From the NCBI GenBank assembly GCA_031409335.1, contig JANNWY010000041.1:1-44537 (forward strand): a stretch of DNA of 44,537 nucleotides, in the 5' to 3' direction. Positions 18,659 through 28,462 of this stretch are shown here, piece after piece. This DNA is from Chthoniobacteraceae bacterium (lineage in GTDB: Bacteria > Verrucomicrobiota > Verrucomicrobiia > Chthoniobacterales > Chthoniobacteraceae). The stretch's first letter is position 1. Each line of letters begins with the position of its first letter. A program made the position numbers and the translations under genes. Below the pieces are notes generated by a model, which did not search any database, was not told the origin of the DNA, and worked only from the letters and a program-made list of their open reading frames with translations.

Positions 18659-19285
18659 ATGCATGTCTTCCTCGAACAGCTCTTTCGCGATGGCCGGGTC
18701 AGCGTGCCTCCTGGCGGGACGACGTGGGATTTCGACGCGGATTGCGAGCGATGGGTGCTGGATTTCGATCGCTCGGCCCGGCTGGCGCTGCCCGGCGCGG
18801 CACCGGCGCTGGATTTTGCCGCGGCGGAATGGGCGGCGGTCTGCCTGGCCGAGACTGCCCGGCTCGCGATCTCGCGCGACGCCGGTCCGGAGCAAATCGT
18901 GCGGGCCTATGCAAAGCCCTGTCCCGCCGCTCACTCGCCAGCGGTGGACTTTTCGGTCGATCTATTTTTTCGCTACCTGCCGGATGTCTTCGCCTGGGTG
19001 CAGCGCCTGGCGGCGAATGATCCGCTGGTGGACGCCCTCCGAAAACTCGCCGCCGAATGGCCGCTGTCGTCGGTGGGAATCGCCGGCATCGCGCCTGCGT
19101 CGATCGACGCATTCGTCGGCCACGCGGGGCTGCGCCGACTGTATGTGGATCGCATCATCGCCCGTGGCGATCCCGCGCGGCTGGCAGACGCGCGGGTGGC
19201 GGATGCGTTGAGAGCGGCACTCGGGGACCACGCGGAACTTGCTCCCGCCTGCACCGCAGCGGTGCGCGTCGGAGCGGAGAAATGA
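18659..19285 (+). CDS. bpX4-like protein of a MoxR-vWA-beta-propeller ternary system
   Basis: APALDFAAAEWAA...FSVDLFFRYLPD...WPLSSVG...LRRLYVDRII pattern recalled for bpX4; lies directly upstream of MoxR. Confidence 0.7.
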   Translation: MHVFLEQLFRDGRVSVPPGGTTWDFDADCERWVLDFDRSARLALPGAAPALDFAAAEWAAVCLAETARLAISRDAGPEQIVRAYAKPCPAAHSPAVDFSVDLFFRYLPDVFAWVQRLAANDPLVDALRKLAAEWPLSSVGIAGIAPASIDAFVGHAGLRRLYVDRIIARGDPARLADARVADALRAALGDHAELAPACTAAVRVGAEK

Positions 19286-19366
19286 GTTTGCGCGCGTTCC
19301 CGGCGCGGCCTTTGATCTCGCCCTTGCCACGCTATAAATGATGCGAATTCCAAAATCGGCACCCGT

Positions 19367-20500
19367 TTGAATACCGAGGTCCTCGACCCGATTAAGCGCG
19401 CCTTCGTCGGGAAGGACGAGGTGATCGACCTGCTCGGTGTCTGCCTCATCGGTGGCGAGAATCTTTTCATCCTCGGCCCGCCGGGCACGGCGAAAAGCGC
19501 GCTGGTGCAAGGGCTCGGCGCGCGACTGCGCGGGCCGGCGTTCACGTATCTGCTCACGCGCTTCACGGAACCCGCCGAACTCTTCGGCCCGTTCGACATC
19601 CGCCGCCTGCGCGAAGGCGAACTGCGCACGAACACCGACGGGATGCTGACCGGCGCGTCGCTCGTGTTTCTCGATGAACTGCTGAACGCAAACAGCGCGA
19701 TCCTCAACAGCCTGCTCACCGCGCTCAACGAACGCGTGGTCCATCGCGGCCAGGAGCGCATCGTGGTCCAGGCGCTCATGTTCGTCGGCGCGAGCAATCA
19801 TCTGCCCGAACACGACGCGCTCCACGCGCTGTTCGATCGTTTTCTGCTGCGCGTGCATTGCGACAATGTCCCCGCCGAACAACTCGCGCAGGTGCTCGAC
19901 GCAGGGTGGCGGATGGAGTCCGCGGAAGGCACGGCGGTCACGCTCGGCTTCGACGAAGTGCGCGCGGCGCAGCGGCTCGTCGGGCAGGTGGCGCTCGACG
20001 CGGTGAACGGCGAATACGTCGCGCTGATCGGGCGCATCCGGCAGGCCGGGATTCGCGTCTCGGACCGTCGCGCCGTGAAACTCCAGCGGCTCATCGCCGC
20101 GAGCGCTCTGATGAGCGGGCGGCCCTCCGCGCGGCTCTCGGATCTTTGGGTGCTGCGTTACATTTGGGATTCCGACGATCAGCAGGAAGTGCTGCGCGCG
20201 CTCGTGCAGGATGCGATGGCGAAAGAGCCGCCCGGTGCCGATGGCGCGCGCCATCCGCAGGCGGGCGTGAGCGACCGGCCAGACGCGGAAGCACTCGCGC
20301 GCGATCTCGCGTGGATCGAGGAGCGGCTGGCCTCGGCGTCTGGAAACGGCGATCGCGCCTTGCTTCGCGACCGGCTGGCGATCCTGGATGGCCGCGCGCA
20401 GTGGGTGGCCGCGGGCGATCAGCGCGAGTTGCTCGCCAGGCAGATCGAGGCGCTGTGGCCGCGCCTCGCCGAGCCCGCGGAATCCGCCGCGATTTCCTGA
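19367..20500 (+). CDS. MoxR/RavA-family AAA+ ATPase (true start may be ATA at 19334)
   Basis: Walker A GPPGTAKS, YLLTRFTEPAELFGP, Walker B FLDE...NSAILNSLLTALNER, ALFDRFLLR and VSDRRAVK. Confidence 0.93.
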   Translation: MNTEVLDPIKRAFVGKDEVIDLLGVCLIGGENLFILGPPGTAKSALVQGLGARLRGPAFTYLLTRFTEPAELFGPFDIRRLREGELRTNTDGMLTGASLVFLDELLNANSAILNSLLTALNERVVHRGQERIVVQALMFVGASNHLPEHDALHALFDRFLLRVHCDNVPAEQLAQVLDAGWRMESAEGTAVTLGFDEVRAAQRLVGQVALDAVNGEYVALIGRIRQAGIRVSDRRAVKLQRLIAASALMSGRPSARLSDLWVLRYIWDSDDQQEVLRALVQDAMAKEPPGADGARHPQAGVSDRPDAEALARDLAWIEERLASASGNGDRALLRDRLAILDGRAQWVAAGDQRELLARQIEALWPRLAEPAESAAIS

Positions 20501-20506
20501 CGCGCC

Positions 20507-21238
20507 ATGCCGGATTTCGCGGTCAGTTTCCAGTGGGCTGCGCGGCTGCCGCACGCTGCCGCGGGCACCCTCGATCCGCTGCGGCTCACGCCCGGCGTGG
20601 AAGTGTTTGCCGCAAACGACGCGCTGTGGCTGCGCGCGCGGAAACCCGATGCGGAGACGCTTGCGCGATTGCGCGCGATCCCGTGGAGCGAGACTTACAC
20701 CGTACTCGCCGACGGTGGACTTCGCCCTGCCGGGCGCTTCCTCCCCGCGGGCTCGCTGCCCACCGGGGAATGGCAGCCGCTCGCCGCGGCGATCGCTCCA
20801 ACGCTTGCTGCTTCCGCCCTTCCCATCCCGCTGCCCGCCCGCATTTCACTGCGGCTCGTGGCAGCGCGTGAATGGGTCGCTCCGAATCTCGTTGTCACCA
20901 CGCCGGAAGCTTGGCGCGCATTCGTCGGGACGGCAGCGGAGGTGAGGCTCGCGCGGCTGCGCTTTGCGCAAGCGGATGAGGAAGTCTTCGTCCGCGGCGA
21001 TCCTTTGCCAGCGGTGCCTGGCGAGCATTTTTTCGAAAACGCAGGCGTCGCGATTCCCGTCGTCACCGCCTTCAGCCCGGCCGTCTCCACCGCGACCGCG
21101 CGGGCGGCGCTGCGGCTCGGCGCGGGCGATTTTGCAGTTTGGAAACGCAACGGAGAGATCGCGCGCATTCCCCACGAAGCCTGGCTGCCCGCCGATCGCG
21201 CAACGGTGCGGCTGATGCACACGCCCGATGCTGACTGA
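20507..21238 (+). CDS. bpX2-like protein of the ternary system
   Basis: LDPLRLTPGVEV...LWLR and TAAEVRLARLRFA...VRGDPLPAVPG; operon position after MoxR. Confidence 0.65.
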   Translation: MPDFAVSFQWAARLPHAAAGTLDPLRLTPGVEVFAANDALWLRARKPDAETLARLRAIPWSETYTVLADGGLRPAGRFLPAGSLPTGEWQPLAAAIAPTLAASALPIPLPARISLRLVAAREWVAPNLVVTTPEAWRAFVGTAAEVRLARLRFAQADEEVFVRGDPLPAVPGEHFFENAGVAIPVVTAFSPAVSTATARAALRLGAGDFAVWKRNGEIARIPHEAWLPADRATVRLMHTPDAD

Positions 21239-23957
21239 CCGCCAGCTCGCGCTCGCCGCCGAATGGCTGGTGCCCAGCCGTGATTTGCCGTGGCAATGGG
21301 ATGCCGAAGGCGAGGCGATCCACTGGCACGACGGCGCGACGGTGGTTTTTCGCGAAGAGCTGGGGCTCATCGTCGAGCGCTGCGCCGACCGCGGCCTGCC
21401 GCCCGCCGGGCCGCTTGTGCTCGCGCTTGCCGGATGTCGGAGCGCATTCCCGGCGCCGCAACGGGTTGCCGAACAGGGGATGTTCGGAAGCCCGCCCTCC
21501 AGATCCTCGTATCAGACTTTTGTTCGCGTGTCTCAGCTCGCCGACTTGCCCGAAAAAATCGTCGGCGGCGTGCCGGGCCGGGCGGCGCTCATGCGGCATC
21601 TCTTCGCCGAAGTGTCGCCCGTGCGCGATGAGCAGACCGCCGCAGTGCTCGCGTTTTTTCGCGCGGAATTGCCGATCAAGGCTCTGCCGGTTCCGGCGTA
21701 CGGCGGTCGCGAAGACTCCCTGCGGACCTGTCTTCACACCCTCGCCGTCCCGCTGGAAAAGCTCGCGCCGCAAATCCTCGCCCTCCTGCGCGAGACCGGC
21801 CTCACCGCGCTGCCCGAAGCCGCGGAGATCGAATTGCCCGCGACGCCAAATCTCGGCCGGCTTTTCAACGACATGGAGAACGACCCGGAGCTTTCGCCGG
21901 TCTTGCGCGTGGCTCGCGATGTGATGGCCGCGGTATCGCTCCCCGAAGCACTCGCGGAGCCCGATGAAGAAATGCTCGGCGGCGTCTCGGACATCGGCAA
22001 TCGCGGTCCGCTGCACCGCCTGTTGCTCTCCGAACTCGCGCACGACGACGACACGCTCGCGATCCGCATCGCCCTCAACGAAGCGCTCTACCTGCGCCGC
22101 GAACCCGCTTCGCACCAGCCGCCGGGGACGCTTGCGATCCTGCTCGATGTCGGGGTGCGGATGTGGGGAACCCCGCGTGTCTTCGCCGTTTCGACCGCGC
22201 TCGCCTTCCTCGCAAAAGCACCAAAGCACGCCTTGCCGGCGATCTTCCGTTCGCAGGGAAACGCGGTCGCGCCGGTCGAGCTGCGCACGTGCGACGGAGT
22301 GGCCGCGCAGCTCGCGGCGCTTGATCCCGCCTTGCACGCCGGCCCGTCGCTCGCGGCGCTCGCGCGCAGTCTCGATGAGCTGAAGGGTCGGCTCGACCTC
22401 GTCATCGTCACGCATTCCGCCACTGCGGAGGACCGCGAATTTCTCGAAGCGCTCGGGCATTTTCCCGTTGCCAACATTTTCCTCGCCGCGCTCGACCGCG
22501 AGGGCCGGCTGACGGTGCGAAGGCGCACCGCGCACGGCTGGCGCACGCTCACCGAGGCGCGCATCGACGTGAGAGCGCTCGGCGCGCCGCGCCCCGTTCA
22601 GCGCACTCCACCCGGCTCGTTGCCCGCGATTCTCGGATTGCGGCCATTTCCATTTTTGCTTTCGCCGATCGGCCACATCACCCGCCGCTGTGCGCTCGCG
22701 GACGGGCGACGGGCATTTCTGTTCGACACTGGTGAGGTATGGATTTTCGCCGGTGAGCGCCGCGGCGCCCGCCGGCTGCTCGGCGAGCCGATCGGTGGAA
22801 CGGTCCTGCATTTTGCGCCGGATCGAACGAGCGGGCGGCTCGGCGTGGTCTCGTGGCGGAGCAATGAGAGCATTCTCGAAATGCACTCCGAGCACCTCGA
22901 TGGCGCGACGATGAGCGTGGCGCAGCGGGGAAATGTCCGCGCATGTCCGCTCCGCGTGGATTTGCGCGACGGGGTGCTGTTTGCCGTGTTTCCCGATCAC
23001 GCGGAGGCGATGGACATGGTGACTGGCGCGGCGATGGGCTCGCTGAAACTGACCGCCGGAATGCGCGCGGTCGGCGGGCGCTACCTTTTGGTGCCTCAGC
23101 CGGACCACCTCTGGCGCATCGCAGCGCTCGCGTGGAATGGCGCCGCGCTCGAATCGCACCTGCTTCCATTTGTTTCGCCAAAGATTCGGAAGCTCGCCTC
23201 GCGAATCATCCTCGTGTTTGACCGGAGCGGGCGGGAAACGCCGTGGGCGCTGAGTTGCGATGGCTGGCTGTTTCCGGTCGATGCGCAGAAGGATCCCGCG
23301 TTGCGGGTGGAATTCGACGGCTTGGTCCGCGAAGCCGAAGCCTCGCATCGCGGCGATCGAATCTGGCTGCGTGAAACCGTGAACAAACAGCACATGACCG
23401 ACCTCACCGGCGAGGACCTGGTCGAACCTTGCATGTCCTGGCACTGGGACAAACAATACGTTGAAAACGTGCATGAACCCCGGCGGTGGGCGCACCGCCT
23501 CCACTTTTCCCACGCCGGCATCGACCACGCCGGTTTCGTGTTGCTGCGCTCCGTGAAAGGCTACTGGATTCGGATCGCAATTGCCCCGGTTCACGGGACG
23601 TTTCAGTTTCATCGCCTGCCCAACGAGGGCTCCGGGCAAGAGCTGGCGAGCCATCGCGCCGTCGCCTTTCGCCCACTCCAGACGCCTGCGGATTTGCACG
23701 TCTCCCTGAAGGCCGTCGAATGGCCCGATGGCAGTCGCGCGTTTCTCGACAGTCGTGGATTGCTGCATTTGCAAAGCTCCGATCCCGCCGTGCCCGAGAT
23801 CACTTTCGTGCTCGCGGAAAGCGTGTCGGTGCCCGCGTGGTCGTCCGACGGGCACATTCTCGGGCCGCGCTTTTTTCTTGGCGACCGAAAGCAGACCGAT
23901 CGCGCGGCGACGATCATCGCAACGCACTTGCAAAGCTTCGCCGCCCGCATCCGATGA
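21228..23957 (+). CDS. bpX0 + divergent vWA + beta-rich region + bpX1-like protein
   Basis: GGVSDIGNRGPLHRLLLSELAHDDD...NEALYLRREP (bpX0-like), ILLDVGVRMWGTPR (vWA-like) and C-terminal WPDGSRAFLDSRGLLHLQSSD...PEITFVL (bpX1-like). Confidence 0.72.
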   Translation: MLTDRQLALAAEWLVPSRDLPWQWDAEGEAIHWHDGATVVFREELGLIVERCADRGLPPAGPLVLALAGCRSAFPAPQRVAEQGMFGSPPSRSSYQTFVRVSQLADLPEKIVGGVPGRAALMRHLFAEVSPVRDEQTAAVLAFFRAELPIKALPVPAYGGREDSLRTCLHTLAVPLEKLAPQILALLRETGLTALPEAAEIELPATPNLGRLFNDMENDPELSPVLRVARDVMAAVSLPEALAEPDEEMLGGVSDIGNRGPLHRLLLSELAHDDDTLAIRIALNEALYLRREPASHQPPGTLAILLDVGVRMWGTPRVFAVSTALAFLAKAPKHALPAIFRSQGNAVAPVELRTCDGVAAQLAALDPALHAGPSLAALARSLDELKGRLDLVIVTHSATAEDREFLEALGHFPVANIFLAALDREGRLTVRRRTAHGWRTLTEARIDVRALGAPRPVQRTPPGSLPAILGLRPFPFLLSPIGHITRRCALADGRRAFLFDTGEVWIFAGERRGARRLLGEPIGGTVLHFAPDRTSGRLGVVSWRSNESILEMHSEHLDGATMSVAQRGNVRACPLRVDLRDGVLFAVFPDHAEAMDMVTGAAMGSLKLTAGMRAVGGRYLLVPQPDHLWRIAALAWNGAALESHLLPFVSPKIRKLASRIILVFDRSGRETPWALSCDGWLFPVDAQKDPALRVEFDGLVREAEASHRGDRIWLRETVNKQHMTDLTGEDLVEPCMSWHWDKQYVENVHEPRRWAHRLHFSHAGIDHAGFVLLRSVKGYWIRIAIAPVHGTFQFHRLPNEGSGQELASHRAVAFRPLQTPADLHVSLKAVEWPDGSRAFLDSRGLLHLQSSDPAVPEITFVLAESVSVPAWSSDGHILGPRFFLGDRKQTDRAATIIATHLQSFAARIR

Positions 23958-26749
23958 GCCCGCGCGAACTCCATCTCGAACGCACCCCGCAGCCGCTGCG
24001 CGCGCCGCGCGCATGGCTGATCGATGGTGCCGATCCGGCGCGCTGGCTCGCGGAGATCGCCCGCTGGCAGATCGCGGAGGACCAACTGGCGCTGCATGTG
24101 TTGCCGCGCTCGCGTTCGGATCGGTCGGTCGGTGGATTATTTGTGATCGCTCCCGCGGGTGTCACGCCAGCGGTTCGGCCCGCGGCGCTGGCTTTTGCCA
24201 CGATCGCGGACCGCTGCTGGCTCCCGGTGGATGCCGTGCTGCGACCGGCGGTGACGGATGCGGAAGTGTGCGGGCTGTGCGCGCCGGTGCCGTTGATGTT
24301 CCACCCCGCGCTCGGGCCGGTCGCGGTGGATCGCGAAGCGGCATTGCGCGTGGCCGATCGGCTCTGCGCGCCGGGGGCGGTGGTGAAAATGTGGCGGGCA
24401 GCGCCGATCATTCCGCGCGCGCATCCGCGCATCGAAACGATCGCGTTTCGCGTTACGCTTTCGCTCGGAGAAATCTTCGGCGAGGAAAGCCGTGAGATCG
24501 GAAAGGAACCGCCGGGCGGGCTGCCGCGCGCGCCGGGCGAACCCTCGGATCATCCGCTCGCGCGCGGCCTGCGCGGCATCGGGCACGGTATGCTGAGCGC
24601 GGCGGAGTGGGCCATCAATCATCTGCCGGGCGGCAAAGCCGCGGACGGAATGCGCGATGGCATCAGCCGCTGGATCGGCGAGCGTCTCGGCGGCATCTCG
24701 CGGGAAATGGCGCTCTCCCGCCACCATGCGCTGCTGCGGTTGATCGAGGAATTGAAGAACAATCCCGAGGCGGGACTGCGGCACGCGCTGCCGCTGAATC
24801 ATTCCGCGCTCCATCGCGGCATCGCCCCGCCGACGAACCGGCTCGGCGAACGCGGAAGCGATTTCGATCTGAAGCGACTCGGCGGCGGGCAACGGCGCGA
24901 CGCGTGGGACGTGCCAGACGATGTGCGGATGCAATTGCGTCAGCGTTACCTCGAACTGGCCGAACGCGAACGGCAGCTCGGCCGTTTCCGCCGCGCGGCC
25001 TGCATCTACGCGGAATTGCTCGGCGATCTCCACGCCGCAGCCGCGGCGCTCGCAGAGGGCGGACACTGGCAGGAAGCCGCGCTCGTGCATCGCGACCATC
25101 TGCACAACGCGATGGAAGCCGCGCGCTGTTTCGCGGAAGGACGCATGTACGCGGAGGCGGTGAAAATTTACGAAGAGAAAGGCGCGCACGAACCACTCGG
25201 CGCCCTCTATCGCACGCTCGGCGACGAGGAAAAGGCGGGTCTCACGTTTCGCAAATGGATCGCGGAACTGATCGCCCAGGGCGACATCCTCGCAGCGGCG
25301 AGCGTGATGGAGACGCCGCTCAATGCTGCCGGGGAAGCGGTCTTGTTTTTGGAATCCGCGTGGGATTCGACCGCGCAGGCGCCGCAATGCGTCGAACGAA
25401 TCCTGGCGACGCGCGGCCCGCGCGGCGAGCACGCGGAGACGGTCGGCTTTCTCTCGCGCATCGCTGCCAGCCGTGCGATCCAGGGCCTCGTGCCTGCGCT
25501 GCTCGATGTGTTTGCCAAAGCGCAGACGACCTATCCCGATCGTGGAGTCCGCGCCCTGGCCGGGGATATCGGACGCCGCTGGATCGCCACGCGCATCGCT
25601 GCCGGAAGTGGCGGGCGGCAGGCACAGTTCATCCAAAAGCTCGCGGGGCTCGCCCCGGACGACCGCTTGCTGGCGCAGGATGGCCATCGGTTTCTCGATC
25701 AACAACGCGCAAACACGCCGCCGTCACTGCCACGGAAATCACCGCCCGCATCCATCGCGAAAAGAGGAACGGCGGAACTGACTCCGCTCTTCAAGTTCAG
25801 GCTGCCACATCCCCGCACGGCATGGCGTCTCGCAGCCGGCTGCCGCGACGGACTTTTCGCAATCGGCACAGATGGGGGAAATGTGCGCGCGGTGCGACTT
25901 AGTTTTGATTCCGCCGTTCAGGAGGTCGAATGGCGGCATTACATGCACTCAGACATCACGGGCAATCTCATCCTCGCCGTACGGTCCGATGATGTGTTCG
26001 AAAACGCATTTGCGGCTGTTCAGGGATTTGGACTTCTCGACGAGATCCGGCTGCCGCTGACAGACGCGAAGATCGGCCTGCCGACATGGGTTGGGAACTC
26101 CCAGTTCGCCGCGGCGTACTCCGGCGACGGCACGCTCTGGATTCTGCACGGCGACGCGGAGGGATATGCCATCAAGGGCTACGCGGACGGCGGACGCCTC
26201 CGCGGTCACATCGCGGTCCCGCCGCCAAAGCACACGCCCGATCCAAAGTATGCCGATGCAGCCTGGCCGCCGCTCCTGGCAGCCAGTGGCACCGAGTTAG
26301 TCCTTGCGCTGGGATTTCATCTCCATCGCTTCGGTGGCGAATCCAATCTGAGCGCGCATGGTGCAATGGAGCCGATCGTTTTCAGCAAGCCGATCACCGC
26401 GCTCGCGGTTCCGCCACGCTGGGGTGCGCCCCATGTGGCTGTGGCGCTGGGAAACGAGGTGCAGATCTGCTGGCTTGGGCGGCAAGCCGGGCGCTGTCAC
26501 CTCGTCTGGTCGGGGCTGGATGGGGCCGTGATCGGCTACAGCGCCGATGGCACGCTCGTCATCCTGTCGGGCTCCGCAGGTTACCTTTTCGACTGCGACA
26601 GCCGGGGAAACCGTCACGAGGCACGCTTCGCATGGCCGCACTCGCCCGCAGTCGCGATCGTGCCAGGCCCCACGGCGCGCACCTTCGGCGTTGTGGAAGC
26701 GGATGGGCAGGTTCACTGGCTGCGCTTTTCGTCGGAGTGGCTGAGGTGA
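23954..26749 (+). CDS. bpX3-like N-terminus + TPR-like helical repeats + C-terminal beta-propeller-like region
   Basis: AWLIDGADPARWLAEIARW...GLFVI; NPEAGLRHALPL; FRRAACIYAELLGD...AARCFAEG; beta-strand-rich C-terminus. ATGA overlap with the upstream gene. Confidence 0.7.
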   Translation: MSPRELHLERTPQPLRAPRAWLIDGADPARWLAEIARWQIAEDQLALHVLPRSRSDRSVGGLFVIAPAGVTPAVRPAALAFATIADRCWLPVDAVLRPAVTDAEVCGLCAPVPLMFHPALGPVAVDREAALRVADRLCAPGAVVKMWRAAPIIPRAHPRIETIAFRVTLSLGEIFGEESREIGKEPPGGLPRAPGEPSDHPLARGLRGIGHGMLSAAEWAINHLPGGKAADGMRDGISRWIGERLGGISREMALSRHHALLRLIEELKNNPEAGLRHALPLNHSALHRGIAPPTNRLGERGSDFDLKRLGGGQRRDAWDVPDDVRMQLRQRYLELAERERQLGRFRRAACIYAELLGDLHAAAAALAEGGHWQEAALVHRDHLHNAMEAARCFAEGRMYAEAVKIYEEKGAHEPLGALYRTLGDEEKAGLTFRKWIAELIAQGDILAAASVMETPLNAAGEAVLFLESAWDSTAQAPQCVERILATRGPRGEHAETVGFLSRIAASRAIQGLVPALLDVFAKAQTTYPDRGVRALAGDIGRRWIATRIAAGSGGRQAQFIQKLAGLAPDDRLLAQDGHRFLDQQRANTPPSLPRKSPPASIAKRGTAELTPLFKFRLPHPRTAWRLAAGCRDGLFAIGTDGGNVRAVRLSFDSAVQEVEWRHYMHSDITGNLILAVRSDDVFENAFAAVQGFGLLDEIRLPLTDAKIGLPTWVGNSQFAAAYSGDGTLWILHGDAEGYAIKGYADGGRLRGHIAVPPPKHTPDPKYADAAWPPLLAASGTELVLALGFHLHRFGGESNLSAHGAMEPIVFSKPITALAVPPRWGAPHVAVALGNEVQICWLGRQAGRCHLVWSGLDGAVIGYSADGTLVILSGSAGYLFDCDSRGNRHEARFAWPHSPAVAIVPGPTARTFGVVEADGQVHWLRFSSEWLR

Positions 26750-26786
26750 CGGGAGTACGCCGGGAACACGCACGGCCTGACGCGGG

Positions 26787-26900
26787 CTAGCAGCAGCTCT
26801 TCTTCGCGCAGCATGCTTCCTTGTTCGCGGTGGTGGCGCAGCCGGTGAATGCGGAACCGGCGATGAGGGCGAGGGTGCAGAGGATGATGAGCTTTTTCAT
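26787..26900 (-). CDS. 37-aa Cys-rich small lipoprotein (not in ORF track)
   Basis: Translates as MKKLIILCTLALIAGSAFTGCATTANKEACCAKKSCC*, with lipobox FTG-C. It starts 6 bp after the stop of the upstream gene on the same strand. Confidence 0.75.
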   Translation of the reverse strand: MKKLIILCTLALIAGSAFTGCATTANKEACCAKKSCC

Positions 26901-26906
26901 GATGGG

Positions 26907-28397
26907 TTATTTCGATGGAATGTTGTTGAGGGTGTAGTAGGCGGCGTCGTGGAGCAAGGGCTGATCCTTGGCGGAGCGGATGCCGGTGGCATGGAGTTCG
27001 TGGACGTTGCCGGGGACGATGCCTTCGATCACCAGCCGGGCGCTGAGTTTGTCGGGTGTGAGGGTCACGGATTTGATGACTGGCTTGCTTTCATCGACCT
27101 TGGGACTGCCATAGCTGGATTGAAAGATCGTCGTATAGGACTTCACGGAATAGGATGCGGGATCGGTGGCGGTTTTGCTATCGACAGGCTCGGTGAAGGT
27201 AAGTTCGAAGCCATCGGGTTTGGCGCGCATTTCGTGTATCTCGAATGGCGTCTTTCCTGTCCAGATGAGCCGCTGCAAGGCGAATGGCTTCCCACCGCGC
27301 GCGCCCCAGCCACGGTCGGTGCCGAAGACAAACATCGAGGCGTCATCCGCGAATTCCATCGTGAGATTCCCCGAGGCGAATCCCTGGCGGAATGGGAAGC
27401 ACGCACCCTGGTAGCGATCGTTCACCTTTTCCAAAACGACGCGCATGACGGTGCTGTGAGCCTGATCGGTGACGAAGAGCTGGTTCTTGAACGGGCCGAA
27501 TTTTCCACCCGTCGTATCGCACAGGATGCCGGCTGCGGACTGGCCCATCTCGGGATACGGAAACATGATCGCGGGAGGCATGTATTCGGGAATGCGCTTC
27601 GCCTCATCGTAGCTGCGGCTGCCGCTCTTGGGCTCCGCGGGTTTCTTGATGCCAGCGGCGGCGATCGCCTCTTTCGTGGCGGGATGGTCGAACCATTTGA
27701 AGCTGCTCGGATTACCCATGAAGGCACCGGGGCGCAGTTCCTTCAACCCATCCGCGCCATTCCACGGTCCCTGGTTGTCGGTGTAAAACATTGCGCCATC
27801 CGCATTCATGCCGATGCCTCCTGGCGAGCGTATTCCGCTGCAAGTCGGCAGCCACTTGCCATCGGGCATGAGTCTGAAACACCAGCCGCGGTAGGGATGC
27901 TCGCTGGTAAAGGAGCCGGTGAGGCATAGCACGATCCAGAGGCTGCCTTGTTTGTCGAACTTGGAGCCGAAGGCATACTCATGGTAGTCGCCGCCGATGC
28001 TCCAGGGATCGCCGACGGTTTCGAAAAGATCAGCGCGGCCATCGCCATTGGTATCCTTCATCCGCGTCTGCTCGCCGCGCTGCGTGCAGTAGAGCCAGCC
28101 ATCCTTTTCGGCAAGGCCGAGCACTTCGTGCAGTCCGCTGGCGAAGCGCGTGAACTTTAGCTTCGCGGGCGGATCGTCGAGCGTGTTGTCGATCAGGTAG
28201 ATGTCGCCTTCCCGGGAGGAAGCGGCGAGCCGGCCTTTGCCGAGCCATTGCAGCGCGCCGGCTTCGAGGGTGATGCCCTCCGGGATGGGAAGCGTGACGA
28301 TGCGGTAGTATGCCGCCTCGCTTTCACGAATGTCGGCAGCGTGAATCAGCGATGTCGTTAAGACTAGAGCGGCAAGGAAAAGCGGGTGGCGGGACAT
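26907..28397 (-). CDS. Exported beta-propeller protein (glucose/sorbosone dehydrogenase-like, PVC 'large secreted protein' type)
   Basis: Signal peptide, FASGLHEVLGL, DTNGDGRAD, DYHEYAFG, GIRSPGG, YTDNQG and FGPFKNQLFV. Confidence 0.75.
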   Translation of the reverse strand: MSRHPLFLAALVLTTSLIHAADIRESEAAYYRIVTLPIPEGITLEAGALQWLGKGRLAASSREGDIYLIDNTLDDPPAKLKFTRFASGLHEVLGLAEKDGWLYCTQRGEQTRMKDTNGDGRADLFETVGDPWSIGGDYHEYAFGSKFDKQGSLWIVLCLTGSFTSEHPYRGWCFRLMPDGKWLPTCSGIRSPGGIGMNADGAMFYTDNQGPWNGADGLKELRPGAFMGNPSSFKWFDHPATKEAIAAAGIKKPAEPKSGSRSYDEAKRIPEYMPPAIMFPYPEMGQSAAGILCDTTGGKFGPFKNQLFVTDQAHSTVMRVVLEKVNDRYQGACFPFRQGFASGNLTMEFADDASMFVFGTDRGWGARGGKPFALQRLIWTGKTPFEIHEMRAKPDGFELTFTEPVDSKTATDPASYSVKSYTTIFQSSYGSPKVDESKPVIKSVTLTPDKLSARLVIEGIVPGNVHELHATGIRSAKDQPLLHDAAYYTLNNIPSK

Positions 28398-28462
28398 GGT
28401 GTGGATCGTTGAGGAACCGGCGAGGAGCGGCAACCATTAGGAGCGAATTTACCCGCAGGCGG

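Noticed and set aside
21072..24014. Long antisense or alternate-frame ORFs (e.g. 21072-24014 -, 7315-9552 +, 40073-42007 +)
   Set aside because: Shadow ORFs of high-GC genes: Arg/Gly/Ala-rich with no motifs, and they overlap well-supported CDSs.
18540..26790. Integrative element with att sites at tRNA-Leu
   Set aside because: I found no duplicated tRNA 3' end after the operon and no adjacent integrase. The 10-bp GAGTCCCGCC match at 12992 belongs to a REP-like hairpin.
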